From an uncultured bacterium (lineage in GTDB: Bacteria; Hydrothermota; UBA3073; NMUJ01; CBEVQO01): 64,000 bases of DNA. The notes under the pieces are model-generated. The model was given only the letters and a program-made list of their open reading frames with translations, made no database searches and was not told the DNA's origin. Position 1 is the stretch's first letter. The number at the start of each line of letters is the position of its first letter. This document shows positions 19,518-30,800 of this stretch, in pieces. Position numbers and translations under genes: made by a program. The stretch covers positions 116,122-180,121 of the forward strand of contig CBEVQO010000005.1 in NCBI GenBank assembly GCA_965552055.1, in the 5' to 3' direction.

Positions 19518-20166
19518 TTGGAATTTGTCACCGCGAGATGCTGTAGAATTTCAAAAGAAATTATCGCGAAAAGTGAAGATAACAAAATATCAAGGTAAAC
19601 TGGAATTAGTTGCAGGTTGTGATGTATCTTTTTTGCGCGATTTGGGCTGCGCAGCTGTCGTTGTGATGAAATTACCGGAATTCGAAATAGTTGAAAAAGA
19701 GATTTTTATCGATTTTGTGGAATATCCCTATATTCCTGGATTGCTTGCTTTTAGAGAAGGTCCCCTTTTGTTGCAGGCAATTAATAAGCTGAAAATAAAG
19801 CCGGATATTTTTATTTTTGACGGACAGGGTATTGCCCATCCAAGAGGTCTGGGAATTGCTTCTCACATGGGTGTGTTATTAGATATTCCTACAATTGGAT
19901 GTGCGAAATCGATTTTGATAGGAAAATACCAAAATTTGGGGAACAAAAAAGGAGATTTTTCGCCTTTGATTTATCGAGGCAAGATCGTGGGATACGCTTT
20001 GAGAACGAGAGAAAATGTGAAGCCTGTTTTCGTTTCACCCGGTAATCTTTGTAATTTTGAAGATGCAAGGGAAATCGTCCTGAAGTGTTGTAAAAAATAC
20101 AGATTGCCCGAGCCTTTAAGACAGGCACATATCGAGAGTAATGCACATATACAGGAGGGGGTATGA
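19510..20166 (+). CDS. nfi: Endonuclease V
   Basis: AGCDVSF, PYIPGLLAFRE, DGQGIAHPR, GCAKS, VSPG, RLPEP. Confidence 0.95.
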   Translation: MCNWNLSPRDAVEFQKKLSRKVKITKYQGKLELVAGCDVSFLRDLGCAAVVVMKLPEFEIVEKEIFIDFVEYPYIPGLLAFREGPLLLQAINKLKIKPDIFIFDGQGIAHPRGLGIASHMGVLLDIPTIGCAKSILIGKYQNLGNKKGDFSPLIYRGKIVGYALRTRENVKPVFVSPGNLCNFEDAREIVLKCCKKYRLPEPLRQAHIESNAHIQEGV

Positions 20167-21044
20167 AAGCATTTGTTTTTCCGGGTCAGGGTGCGCAATT
20201 TGTAGGTATGGGAAAAGACCTTTATGAAAAATATGAAAAGGTAAAAGAAATATTTGACAAAGCAGTGGAAATACTGGGTTACGATATTAGAAAACTATGT
20301 TTTGAAGGTCCGGAAGATGAATTGACTAACACTCGCAATGCTCAACCAGCAATTTTTCTGCATTCATCTGCTATGCTGCAATTGATAAATGAAAAGCCCG
20401 ATATTACAGCGGGTCATAGTTTGGGTGAATATACAGCGCTTTATTGTGCGGGAGTATTTGATTTTGAGACAGCATTAAAAGTGGTGGCAAAAAGAGGTGA
20501 ATTGATGGCTAAAGCAGGAGAAAAGGCAAAAGGAAAAATGTCGGCAGTGATAGGTCTTTCAATAGAAAAAATCGAAAAAATACTGAGTGATTTATCAAAA
20601 AAGGGAGTGATTTTGATAGCGAATTATAACTCGCCGCAACAGGTGGTAATAAGTGGTGAAGAAAAGTTAATTGAAGAAGCAAATGAGATTTTAAAGAAAG
20701 AGGGAGCAAAAAGAGTAATTCCTTTAAAAGTGAGCGCAGCATTTCATAGCCCTTTGATGGATGAAGCAGGTAGGGAATTTGCACAATTTCTTGATAGGGT
20801 AGAATTTAGGGAGCCTGAAATTCCCGTTGTGCCAAATGCTACTGCAAAAGTTACAAAAGATGTAAAAGAAATAAAAGATGCGTTGAAAAAACAAATGACA
20901 TCAAAGGTATTATGGATACAGTCTGTGGAAGAGATGATAAAATGGGGTGTGAAAAAGTTCTGTGAAATAGGTCCTGGTAGAGTTTTAACGGGATTGATAA
21001 AAAAGATAGCGCCAGAGGTAGAAGTAGAAAAGATTGAGCTATGA
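20163..21044 (+). CDS. fabD: Malonyl-CoA:ACP transacylase
   Basis: FPGQGAQ, GHSLGEY, AFHS. Confidence 0.95.
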   Translation: MKAFVFPGQGAQFVGMGKDLYEKYEKVKEIFDKAVEILGYDIRKLCFEGPEDELTNTRNAQPAIFLHSSAMLQLINEKPDITAGHSLGEYTALYCAGVFDFETALKVVAKRGELMAKAGEKAKGKMSAVIGLSIEKIEKILSDLSKKGVILIANYNSPQQVVISGEEKLIEEANEILKKEGAKRVIPLKVSAAFHSPLMDEAGREFAQFLDRVEFREPEIPVVPNATAKVTKDVKEIKDALKKQMTSKVLWIQSVEEMIKWGVKKFCEIGPGRVLTGLIKKIAPEVEVEKIEL

Positions 21045-24000
21045 TTTTGTTTTTATTACTTCAATATAAATTAGTGTGGTGTGATAGTGTAAATTTCAGC
21101 AATTATGATAGAGCCTTTGCAATAAAATTTAGAGGAAGCGAAATACTCGTTGCGGGATACGGTGTTATAAATCTTGCATATCGTGGAGTTATTTTACATT
21201 ACGATAAATCCGGGAATTTGTTAAGAATAGATACAATTTACACGGGTGCAGCTACTTACATTTATGACATGGATGTAAAGCAGGATAAGATAATTCTTGC
21301 AGGACAGAGAGGTATAGGTTCATCCGGTGATTTACTCATTGTAAGAATGGATACTTTAGGTGATACTCTCTGGACAAAATGTGTTGATAAATTTGGAGAT
21401 GCAGAAAGAGGCAACGGAATATTTTATGCGAATAATGACACTTTTGTTGTAACAGGTTATGCAAAACTTAATGCCAATAATTATTTTTACACTTTAATGT
21501 TAATGGATACTGCTATCATATGGCAAAATAGCGATTATTTAGGACAGGGAGAAGATGTGATTTATACTAATGCTGGAGTTTTTGCATGTGGAGTAGGAGA
21601 GTTGTCTTCAAGTGAGGCATTTTTACTTTTAAAATATAATTTCACAGGTAATATTGTAAATATAGATACAATTGATTTCGCAGGAGATGAAGGAGCATAT
21701 TCTTTGATAAAAGAAAATCAAATTTATGTTACAGGATATGTTGTGCCTTCAGCAAATGCAGATTGCTATATTGTGAAATATAATTTTAATTGCGATACTA
21801 TATGGACAGGGAAATTTGCTAAAGGCGGTGGAGATTATGGGTATTCTGTATTTTGTAAAAATGGCTATGTATATGTAGCAGGTATGACACAGACAGCAAC
21901 AAGGGGAAATGATATTCTCATTTTGCAATACGATACTCTTGGTAATTTGATGTATTGTGATTCAATCGATTTAGGGACGGATGAAGAGGCGCACGGTATA
22001 ATAGTTGACGATTCGCTAAATGTTTACATTTGCGGATATAAAGGCGGGGTTAATACAGATATTTTTGTGCTGAAACTGATGCCGGTAGCTGACATTGAAT
22101 TGTCAGATACTTTTCGTGACTTTGGCAATGTAAAAGTTGGTGATACAGTAAGATGGCAATATCTTATCATTAAAAATACAGGTTTTAAGTGTTTAACAAT
22201 AGATAGTATAAAAGTGGATTTTCCGTATTTTGTGGATATTTCTCAAATTGCGATATCACCTTCTGATAGTGTACTACTTACAGTTTCTTTTTCACCAAAG
22301 GATTCGGGAGTTGTTGAGAAATTGTTGAAAATATATTCAAATGACCCAGATGAGCCTATAAGTACAGTAAGATTAAAAGGAGGAGGGTTAAAGCCGGGAA
22401 TCTCTCTTTCCGATACTATTTTGGATTTTGGACAAGTTTTAAAAGGCGATACATCAACGAAAATACTTGTCATAAAAAATGCAGGCAATGATACTCTTTT
22501 TGTAGATAGTATGAAAATAGAAGGAAATTATTTTTCTGCGAAGTTACAATCTTTTTATTTGTTACCTGCTCAAACTTACAATGAAACACTTTATTTTATT
22601 CCCCAAGATACAGGCGAATTTACAGGTACATTTTACATATACTCAAATGACCCCGATAAGCATGTATCTTATGTTGATTTAATGGGAAAAGGAATTAAAC
22701 CGATTTTAATAATATCCCAACGAAATATAGATTTTGGAAATGTTGACCTAAAAGACACAGTGATGTCGCAAATTTGTCTCAAAAATGCAGGGAACGCGAA
22801 TCTCATTATAGATAGTGTTAAAAATGAATTAGAGTGTTTCTGGTTTAGCCAGATTTCTGGATGCACTTTGACACCAAAAGATTCTACCCTTTTAAACATT
22901 TATTTTAGTCCGAAAGATTCCGGTGAATTTTCAGATACTTTAAAAATTTACTCTACCGATATTGATAGTCCTTTGAAATTTGTCTCAATTTTTGGAATGA
23001 GCATTTTGCCTTATATTTTGCTTTCGCAGAATTTTTATGATTTTGGTCAAATCTTTATAGGTGATAGTGCTGAATTTTCGTTTTACATAAAAAACATAGG
23101 TTCTGCAACTCTTATCATTGACAGTATTGCTGGAGAAGAAAATTCGTTTAAAGTATTGCTACAGGATAGTACGATAAGGAGAGAAGATAGTGCTTTATGT
23201 GTTATTAAATTTATTCCTCAACGAATGGGAGAGATTTCAGAATCAATCTGTTTTTATTCGAACGACCAGAAAAGAGTCAAAGTTTATTTTTATGCTACAG
23301 GTACGGGATTGTGGGCGGATATTGAAGTTGGGGATACCACACTGGATTTTGGTGTAATCGCAATAAATGATACCTTTGAGAAAGAGATAATGGTGTATAA
23401 TCAGGGAAATTACAGGATAAAGATAGATAGTGTGATTTTGAGAGATTCGGTATTCTGGCTCACTTCTTTTCCAGAGAGTATTGCGGGGTTTGACACTGTT
23501 TATCTCAAAGTATATTTTGCACCCAAAGATAGCATTGAATATACAGGGAAGTTATACATTTATTCGGATGATGAAGATGAAGGAATTTTAAGCGTAGCGC
23601 TGAAAGGAAAAGGAGGTTTACCTGAAATAAAGGTTTACCCTGATTTCTTAGATTTTGGAGAAGTAAATTTAAAAGATACAGCGGATACCCATATTGTGAT
23701 AAAGAATGAAGGAGATGCATTACTTGAAATAACAAAAATGACCTTTACGGATACCAGCTTCTGGACACTATCTTCTTTTCCTCTATATATTTCTGGCAGT
23801 GATAGTATTCTTTTGGGGATTTATTATAATCCCAAAGATACTTCTTCTGTGCTTTGCACACTTTATATTTACTCAAACGATAAAGAAAATGCAGTTCTCA
23901 CCCCTATATTGAAAGGTAAAGGCACGATATTAAAAATTGAAGAAATATCACCTGTTTATAATTTTGTAGAGATAAAACCGAATCCGGCAAAAAATAAAAT

Positions 24001-24199
24001 AACTATTTATTTTGAAAAAGAAGTTAAAGTTGATATTGGAATCTTTGATATTTGTGGAAGAAGTGTTAAAAATTATAAAGGGGAATTTAAGAGGCTTGAT
24101 ATCGATTTGAAAGAGTTTAAATCGGGTATTTATTTTGTGAGATGTGAGATTGAGGGGAAGAGATTCGGTTTTAAGTTTTTGAAGATGGGGGCAGAATGA
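21041..24199 (+). CDS. Large exported protein: beta-propeller, six ASH/choice-of-anchor-D Ig repeats and T9SS-type C-terminal domain
   Basis: Six DFG.V...I.N.G...L.IDS...F.P....IYSND units, then PNP...IFDICGR...SGIYFV. Confidence 0.85.
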   Translation: MILFLLLQYKLVWCDSVNFSNYDRAFAIKFRGSEILVAGYGVINLAYRGVILHYDKSGNLLRIDTIYTGAATYIYDMDVKQDKIILAGQRGIGSSGDLLIVRMDTLGDTLWTKCVDKFGDAERGNGIFYANNDTFVVTGYAKLNANNYFYTLMLMDTAIIWQNSDYLGQGEDVIYTNAGVFACGVGELSSSEAFLLLKYNFTGNIVNIDTIDFAGDEGAYSLIKENQIYVTGYVVPSANADCYIVKYNFNCDTIWTGKFAKGGGDYGYSVFCKNGYVYVAGMTQTATRGNDILILQYDTLGNLMYCDSIDLGTDEEAHGIIVDDSLNVYICGYKGGVNTDIFVLKLMPVADIELSDTFRDFGNVKVGDTVRWQYLIIKNTGFKCLTIDSIKVDFPYFVDISQIAISPSDSVLLTVSFSPKDSGVVEKLLKIYSNDPDEPISTVRLKGGGLKPGISLSDTILDFGQVLKGDTSTKILVIKNAGNDTLFVDSMKIEGNYFSAKLQSFYLLPAQTYNETLYFIPQDTGEFTGTFYIYSNDPDKHVSYVDLMGKGIKPILIISQRNIDFGNVDLKDTVMSQICLKNAGNANLIIDSVKNELECFWFSQISGCTLTPKDSTLLNIYFSPKDSGEFSDTLKIYSTDIDSPLKFVSIFGMSILPYILLSQNFYDFGQIFIGDSAEFSFYIKNIGSATLIIDSIAGEENSFKVLLQDSTIRREDSALCVIKFIPQRMGEISESICFYSNDQKRVKVYFYATGTGLWADIEVGDTTLDFGVIAINDTFEKEIMVYNQGNYRIKIDSVILRDSVFWLTSFPESIAGFDTVYLKVYFAPKDSIEYTGKLYIYSDDEDEGILSVALKGKGGLPEIKVYPDFLDFGEVNLKDTADTHIVIKNEGDALLEITKMTFTDTSFWTLSSFPLYISGSDSILLGIYYNPKDTSSVLCTLYIYSNDKENAVLTPILKGKGTILKIEEISPVYNFVEIKPNPAKNKITIYFEKEVKVDIGIFDICGRSVKNYKGEFKRLDIDLKEFKSGIYFVRCEIEGKRFGFKFLKMGAE

Positions 24200-25278
24200 A
24201 AGAGATGGTTGTGGCTGTTCCCAATATGGGTCCTCTGGCGATAGTTGCCCGTGGTATTTTTAAGTCACTTGGTATACCGATAGTTACTGTGCCAAGAATT
24301 ACTCGTGAGATGATAGAACGCGGAGTCAAATATTCACCTGAATTTGCGTGTTTTCCTTTAAAGGCAGTGCTTGGCAATTTTATGAAAGCAGCAGAGATGG
24401 GTGCAACTCACCTCTTGATATTCGGTGGAGGAGGACCCTGTAGATTCGGATTATATGGAGTAACTCTTGACTATATACTCAAAGATTTGGGATACGATGC
24501 AAAGGTTCTGATCTTTGATACGATAAGAGAAGAATGGAGCAAAGAGATGTATAAAGAAATAGGATTTCTGGACCATAGATTAAAGATAAAAAATATGGCA
24601 AGAGCTTTATTTGTTGGATATTATAAGCTGAGGCTTGCGGAATATGCTGAGAAACTTGCAGGAGAATATAGGGCATATCAGGTGGAGAAAGGTGCAGTTG
24701 ATAGAGTATTGAAGGAAGCTTATCAGATGATAGATGAAGAATTTTCAATTCACAGACTTATGAAGATGAAGAAAAAAATAAAAGAAATGTTCGATAAAGT
24801 GGAAAAAGATATGAGCAGAGAAGTTGTAAGAGTCGGGATAGTAGGTGAGATTTATATGACAGTGGAGCCCACCATGAATCTTGAACTGGAACGCAGGCTC
24901 GGGGAATTAGGAGCAGTATGCGATAGGAATATAACAGCCTGGAACTATGTGACAGAGACCTTAAAATTAAATAGAAAATATAAATATGTGCAAAAACTTG
25001 CGAAACCTTATTTGAAGTATCATGCAGGCGGTAAGAGCAGTTATTCGGTTGGTTTTACAATAGATTATGCATTAAAGGGCTATGATGGAGTTGTACATAT
25101 AATGCCTTTCGGCTGTATGCCAGAAATTATAGCACAGTCAATAATAAATAAAGTTTCAAAAGATTATAATATACCTGTGCTCGAAGTGGTACTCGATGAG
25201 CATGTAGCGGAAGCAGGTTTGCAAACAAGATTAGAGGCTTTTGTTGATTTACTTTTTAAAAGAAAAATTAAAAGGTGA
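24196..25278 (+). CDS. 2-hydroxyacyl-CoA dehydratase-like / DUF2229 'CoA activase'-associated Fe-S protein
   Basis: PEFACFPLK, GPCRFG, GIVGEIY, PFGCMPE, DEH..EAG.QTRLEAF. Confidence 0.8.
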   Translation: MKEMVVAVPNMGPLAIVARGIFKSLGIPIVTVPRITREMIERGVKYSPEFACFPLKAVLGNFMKAAEMGATHLLIFGGGGPCRFGLYGVTLDYILKDLGYDAKVLIFDTIREEWSKEMYKEIGFLDHRLKIKNMARALFVGYYKLRLAEYAEKLAGEYRAYQVEKGAVDRVLKEAYQMIDEEFSIHRLMKMKKKIKEMFDKVEKDMSREVVRVGIVGEIYMTVEPTMNLELERRLGELGAVCDRNITAWNYVTETLKLNRKYKYVQKLAKPYLKYHAGGKSSYSVGFTIDYALKGYDGVVHIMPFGCMPEIIAQSIINKVSKDYNIPVLEVVLDEHVAEAGLQTRLEAFVDLLFKRKIKR

Positions 25279-27815
25279 TTCTGAGCGCCATAATACTGTG
25301 GCATCAGTTAAATACACAAAATTATGTAGTTTTATATCCCGGGGATTATGAAAAAATAGCAATTCAGGTAGCAAAATATCTGGAGACATACAGAATGAAA
25401 GTGAAAGAAATAACAGGCGTTAAAAATGAGAAGTTAATCTGTGTGATTGAAGATATGGGGCTTTTTTCTAATGGTTTTGCTTTACCTCCTTTAAATACAA
25501 TTCATATTTTTACCGGTATTCCTTCTTCTGATCCTCATTTTGATGTAAGGTCGTGGTTTCGCATTGTTACCCTTCATGAGCAAACTCACTGTGCACATAT
25601 GAGAAATTATACGGGTCTTTCTTTGATTTTTAGATTGCTTTTCGGTGAAATTATGTCGGGGAATATGTGGGTGCCTAACTGGATTGTAGAAGGTGTGACA
25701 GTTTATACTGAATCGCAGATAGATAAATATGATGGTAGATTGAACACAGGATACTATAACGCATATTTACTCTGTTGTGCGGCACATAGAAAAATTCCGG
25801 GCTTAGCATCTATCGCAAATAATATAGCAAGATATCCGTATTATACTCAACATTATTTATTTGGCGGAGAATTTACACAATATCTCGCAATAAAAGGACA
25901 TTTGTCTTCGCTTTATAATGATTTGTCATTGTTTTTCTTTCCATGGATAAATATTGAGCTTTCCTTTTTTGTAAATTATTTAAATTTTCCGTTTCTGCTT
26001 GCCGAAAGATGGAGAAAAACATTATATCGAAAAGCAAAATGGGTAAAAAATGGTAAAACCTTACTAAAAACAAATAGCGAGATAAAATTTTTGACTATAT
26101 ATGGTGATTATCTTTACTATGTGAAAAAAAGAGTAAATGCAAGTGCACCTCTGGAAATCGTAGAGGAAAGCGGTATTTACAGGTTAAATCTGGAAAATAA
26201 TATAGAAGAAAAGTTGATAAATGCGTTTGTAGAGATTCCTTTTAAAATAAAAGATGATAAAATTTATTATTGCGTTGATAAAATGAAAAGAGGTTATAAA
26301 AATATAACTGCATGGGGATATGGAGTTTACAGAAAATTAATTTCATACGATTTACAATCGGGTGAAAAGAAAAAAATATATGAAGGAAATATAAGAAGTT
26401 ATGAAGTTTTAAAATACGATAAAATTTTAATTTTTGAAGAAGATAGGTTATTACATACTTCGATTAAGTTGTTGGATAATGGAAAGATTGAAACGATAGG
26501 AGAACTTGATGGAAAAATAATTCTTGAGAGTGTGCTTTTTGATAGTTTGATTTTTTGTGTTGTGCATGATGAAAAATGGGGTAAAGATTTGTATGCTTTA
26601 GATTTAAAAGATATGGAAATAAAAAGGATAACGAAGACGCCTTTTTCGGAAATGTGCATTTCCAGATATGGTGATCTATTAATCTTTGTAGCAAATAAGG
26701 ATAATTTTTATAAAATTTATGGATATGATGTTAAAAGGAAAAGATTTTACGAGTTGCTATCCGAAACATTTTCGGCTTATCCTGTTGTATATAAAGATAA
26801 AATTTTTTATGTTACATTACATCCCGAAGGTGAAGAAATTTGTGTATCTTTATACACGAAAAAAGATATAGATTATCCTGAATTTTCTGAAGAATATGGT
26901 ATTCATCCAGAAGAATTTGCGGTTAAAAAGAGTTCCTGTTATGCAAATGAATTGAGATTTCTTTTGCCCGTATTCTATGTCTTGTTTCCGCCTTATGTGT
27001 TTTGTATTATAAGTGCTGATGCTTTCATGCAAAAAGCGTTGGGAGTATTTTACACCAGATACGAAGAAAATACTTATATAAACAGCATTGGATATTGCAT
27101 AATTAAGCCATTTATTGTGTTTGGAAATATAGAAAGGTATAATTTTGATTCGCAAAAGGAATTTGAGAGCTACGGGGCAGGTGTAAATTTAATCGCCAGA
27201 TACAATATGGGATACGGAGAAAATTTGAGAATATATGGAATTAGAGTGCAATATGAGAAAGATACCCTTGATAAGGTAAAAATTGAAAAAGATGTTTTTG
27301 TGTTTTCAAATTTAAAAGGTTTTAACAATTACAAAAATTTAATGTTCGGAGTGTATCAGGTTGATGGTGATATTAAGGTGTATTTTGATTATTTACATGA
27401 GGAATATATAAGGTTTTTAAAGGCAGAGTATGGGGTGGGTATGGGATACTGGGGAAGTGGGTGGAGCTGTGAATATCTTTTGCATTTGATAATGCCCGTT
27501 TTAAAGCCAAGGTTGAATCTATATCCTCTTTTCTTTGATACTTTTTACATGGGAATATTTTTGGAAGGCAAGTTTAATCATAAGATGAGAAATACCTGGA
27601 ATACCGGTTTGAAATTTATCGCAGAAACTGGCACGAGTTATGGGTTTATAAAATTAACACCCTATTTAAAAATTTTTTGGGATGAAAATTTAAAATTTGA
27701 TTATGAGATAGGAGTTGAAAATGTTACGATGTCTTTGTTAAAAGGTAAAATAAATTTATCCAGATTAAAATATTACAGGTTGTTTTATCTTGACAAAATA
27801 GGAAAAGGATTATAA
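25275..27815 (+). CDS. Exported protein with gluzincin-like HExxH domain, TolB-like propeller and probable beta-barrel C-terminus
   Basis: HEQTH...PNWIVEG...ES....GR followed by propeller-like repeats. Confidence 0.6.
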   Translation: MILSAIILWHQLNTQNYVVLYPGDYEKIAIQVAKYLETYRMKVKEITGVKNEKLICVIEDMGLFSNGFALPPLNTIHIFTGIPSSDPHFDVRSWFRIVTLHEQTHCAHMRNYTGLSLIFRLLFGEIMSGNMWVPNWIVEGVTVYTESQIDKYDGRLNTGYYNAYLLCCAAHRKIPGLASIANNIARYPYYTQHYLFGGEFTQYLAIKGHLSSLYNDLSLFFFPWINIELSFFVNYLNFPFLLAERWRKTLYRKAKWVKNGKTLLKTNSEIKFLTIYGDYLYYVKKRVNASAPLEIVEESGIYRLNLENNIEEKLINAFVEIPFKIKDDKIYYCVDKMKRGYKNITAWGYGVYRKLISYDLQSGEKKKIYEGNIRSYEVLKYDKILIFEEDRLLHTSIKLLDNGKIETIGELDGKIILESVLFDSLIFCVVHDEKWGKDLYALDLKDMEIKRITKTPFSEMCISRYGDLLIFVANKDNFYKIYGYDVKRKRFYELLSETFSAYPVVYKDKIFYVTLHPEGEEICVSLYTKKDIDYPEFSEEYGIHPEEFAVKKSSCYANELRFLLPVFYVLFPPYVFCIISADAFMQKALGVFYTRYEENTYINSIGYCIIKPFIVFGNIERYNFDSQKEFESYGAGVNLIARYNMGYGENLRIYGIRVQYEKDTLDKVKIEKDVFVFSNLKGFNNYKNLMFGVYQVDGDIKVYFDYLHEEYIRFLKAEYGVGMGYWGSGWSCEYLLHLIMPVLKPRLNLYPLFFDTFYMGIFLEGKFNHKMRNTWNTGLKFIAETGTSYGFIKLTPYLKIFWDENLKFDYEIGVENVTMSLLKGKINLSRLKYYRLFYLDKIGKGL

Positions 27816-27816
27816 T
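27790..27816 (+). promoter_or_regulatory. Promoter TTGACA-N15-TATAAT, 7 nt upstream of the hdrA ATG, overlapping the upstream stop codon
   Basis: ttgaca aaataggaaaaggat tataat, no SD before ATG 27824. Confidence 0.8.
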
Positions 27817-27823
27817 TTGTGCT

Positions 27824-30800
27824 ATGGGTAAAGGTAGTGTGCTTGTGGTGGGTGGAGGCATAGCGGGTGTGCAATCGGCTCTTGACCTTGCGGAATCGGG
27901 CTATAAAGTTTACCTGCTTGATAAAAAGCCATCAATCGGTGGTACGATGGCGCAACTTGATAAGACATTTCCAACAAATGATTGTGCAATGTGCATCCTT
28001 GCACCGAAGCTCGTATCAGCAGGAAGACATAAAAATATAGAATTGTTAACTTATTGTGAAATCGAAGAAATAAAAGGAAAACAGGGTGATTTTAATGTGA
28101 AAATCAGGAAAAAGAGTAGATTTATTGATTTATCGAAATGTACAGGGTGTGCTGAATGTGAAAGGGTATGTCCTATAGAGCGTGTATCTGAATTTGATGA
28201 AGGTTTATCCTGCAGGAAGGCGATTTATAGATTGTTTCCGCAAGCAGTTCCAAATGCTTTTACCATTGAGAAAGAAGGGATATCAGCGTGTAAAAGTGCC
28301 TGTCCTGCGGGTGTAAATGTTCATGGCTATGTTGCGCTTATATCGCAGGGCAAATTTAAAGAAGCGATACAGCTGATAAGGGAAAGATTGCCTTTTCCCG
28401 GGGTGTGCGGTAGAGTGTGTCCACATCCCTGTGAATCGGAGTGCAAAAGAAAAGATGTAGATGAGCCTATAGCGATTGCCGGTTTAAAACGCTTTGTAGC
28501 AGATTGGGAAAGAAAGAATCCGGTAGAAGAAGAATTTGAGAAAAAGAAAAGGGATAAAAGGATAGCAGTAATTGGTGCAGGACCGGCAGGTTTAACCTGT
28601 GCTTATTTCCTTGCAAAAGAAGGATTTGATGTTACTGTTTTTGAAAAAGAAGAAAAACCAGGTGGATTGATGAGATATGGAATTCCTGATTTTAGATTAC
28701 CGAAAGATGTCCTTGATTATGAAATCGAGAGAATTAAGAAAGCAGGTGTTGAAATAAAATGTGGAGTAGAGGTAGGTAAGGATATAGAATTTTCTCAAAT
28801 TTTGAAAGAGTATGATGCTGTATTTGTTGCGATAGGTGCCACAAAAGAGCAGAAACTCGGTATAAAGGGTGAAGATTTAGAAGGAGTAATATACTGTTTG
28901 TCTTTTCTTAAAGATGTTAATTCTGGGAAAGAAGTAAAAATTGGTAAGAAAGTAGCAGTAATAGGTGGTGGTAATTCTGCGATAGATGCTGCGCGTACTG
29001 CTTGGCGACTTGGTGCTGATGTAACGCTCTTTTATCGTCGTAGCAGAGCAGAAATGCCAGCTAATCCATGGGAAGTTGAGGAAGCAGAGGAAGAAGGCAT
29101 AAAGTTTGAGTTTTTAACCGCACCTGTTGAGATATTGGGAGAACAGGGTAAAGTAAAGAAGTTAAAATTAATAAGGATGAAACTCGGAGAGCCCGATGAA
29201 TCCGGTAGAAGAAGACCTGTACCCATTCCGGGGAGCGAATTTGAGATAGAAGTGGATACTGTAATTCCTGCGATAGGTCAGAAGGTATCCCTTGATTTTC
29301 TGAGAGAAGAAGATTTAAAAAATCCAAAAGTTTTTACAGGCGGTGATTTTGTTACGGGACCTGCCACGGTGATAGAGGCTGTAGCTGCAGGTGTAGAAGC
29401 TGCAGAAGCTATAAAAAATTTCCTTGAAGGTAAAATTTTGGAAAGGAAAAAAGAAAAAGAAGAGAAAATAGCAGAACCCAAGATTCCCGAAGATATTCAA
29501 AGGATGAAGAGAAAAGAAATGAGAAAATTACCTGTGGAACAGAGAAGGAATTTCAAAGAAGTTGAACTTGGTTTTACAGAGGAAGAAGCAATAGAAGAGG
29601 CTAAAAGATGTTTATCTTGTGCTATATGTTCAGAGTGTAAGGAATGCGTAAAAGTATGCGAAGCAGAGGCAATCGATCACTTTATGGAAGATGAAATTAT
29701 AGAATTAAAAGTAGGAGCCATAATTTTCACGCATGGAGCAGATAGATTTGATGCAAAATTAAGGTCTGAATATGGATTTGGCAGGTATAAGAATGTAATT
29801 ACAAGCATACAATTTGAAAGATTATTAGCACCAACGGGACCCACACAGGGACAAATTTTAAGACCTTCTGATAATTGTCATCCACGAAAAATTGCATTCA
29901 TACAATGTGTTGGCTCAAGGGATAAGCAAAAAGGAGCTCCTTATTGTTCCGCTGTATGCTGTATGTATGCGATAAAGGAGGCGATAATAGCACTCGAACA
30001 TCAGAAAGACCTTGATATTACGATTTTTTACATGGATATAAGAGCATACGGTAAAGGATTTGAAAGATACTACTTAGAAGCAAAAGAAAAAGGAATAAAA
30101 TTTGTAAAATGTAGGGTGGCAAGAATAGAAGAAGTCGAAAATAATGACCTGGTTATAATTTATGAGGATGAAGAAGGCAATTTAAAATCAGAAAAATTTA
30201 ACATGGTGATATTATCTGTGGGTTTAAGACCTTCAGAGGAACTAAAAGAATTTGCTGAAAAATTTGATATAAAATTAAATGAATATGGATTTTTTGCTGT
30301 GGAAGAATTTGACCCCGTTAAGGTAGCAGAAGGCATTTATACTGCGGGTATCGCGCAGTCACCCAAAGACATACCTGAGACCGTTGCAGAAGCATCTTCG
30401 GCTGCATCGGAAGTTCATGAAATTTTAAAACATGAAAGATGGAAAGAAACAGAAAAAATCGAATATCCACCAGAAAGAGATGTAAGTAAAGAACCTGTGA
30501 GAATAGGAGTATTTGTATGTCATTGTGGCATAAATATTGCAGGATATCTCGATGTTAAGGAAGTAGTAGAATATGCAAAGACTTTAAAGGATGTGGTTTA
30601 TGTAGAGGACAATTTATATACTTGTTCACAGGATACTCAGCAAAAGATAATCCAAAAGATAAAAGAATACAATTTGAACAGGATTGTTGTGGCGGCGTGT
30701 ACTCCTCGCACCCATGAGCCACTTTTCCGTGAGACATTGCGACAGGCAGGCTTAAATCCTTATCTATTTGAAATGGCAAATATTAGAGACCAATGCTCAT

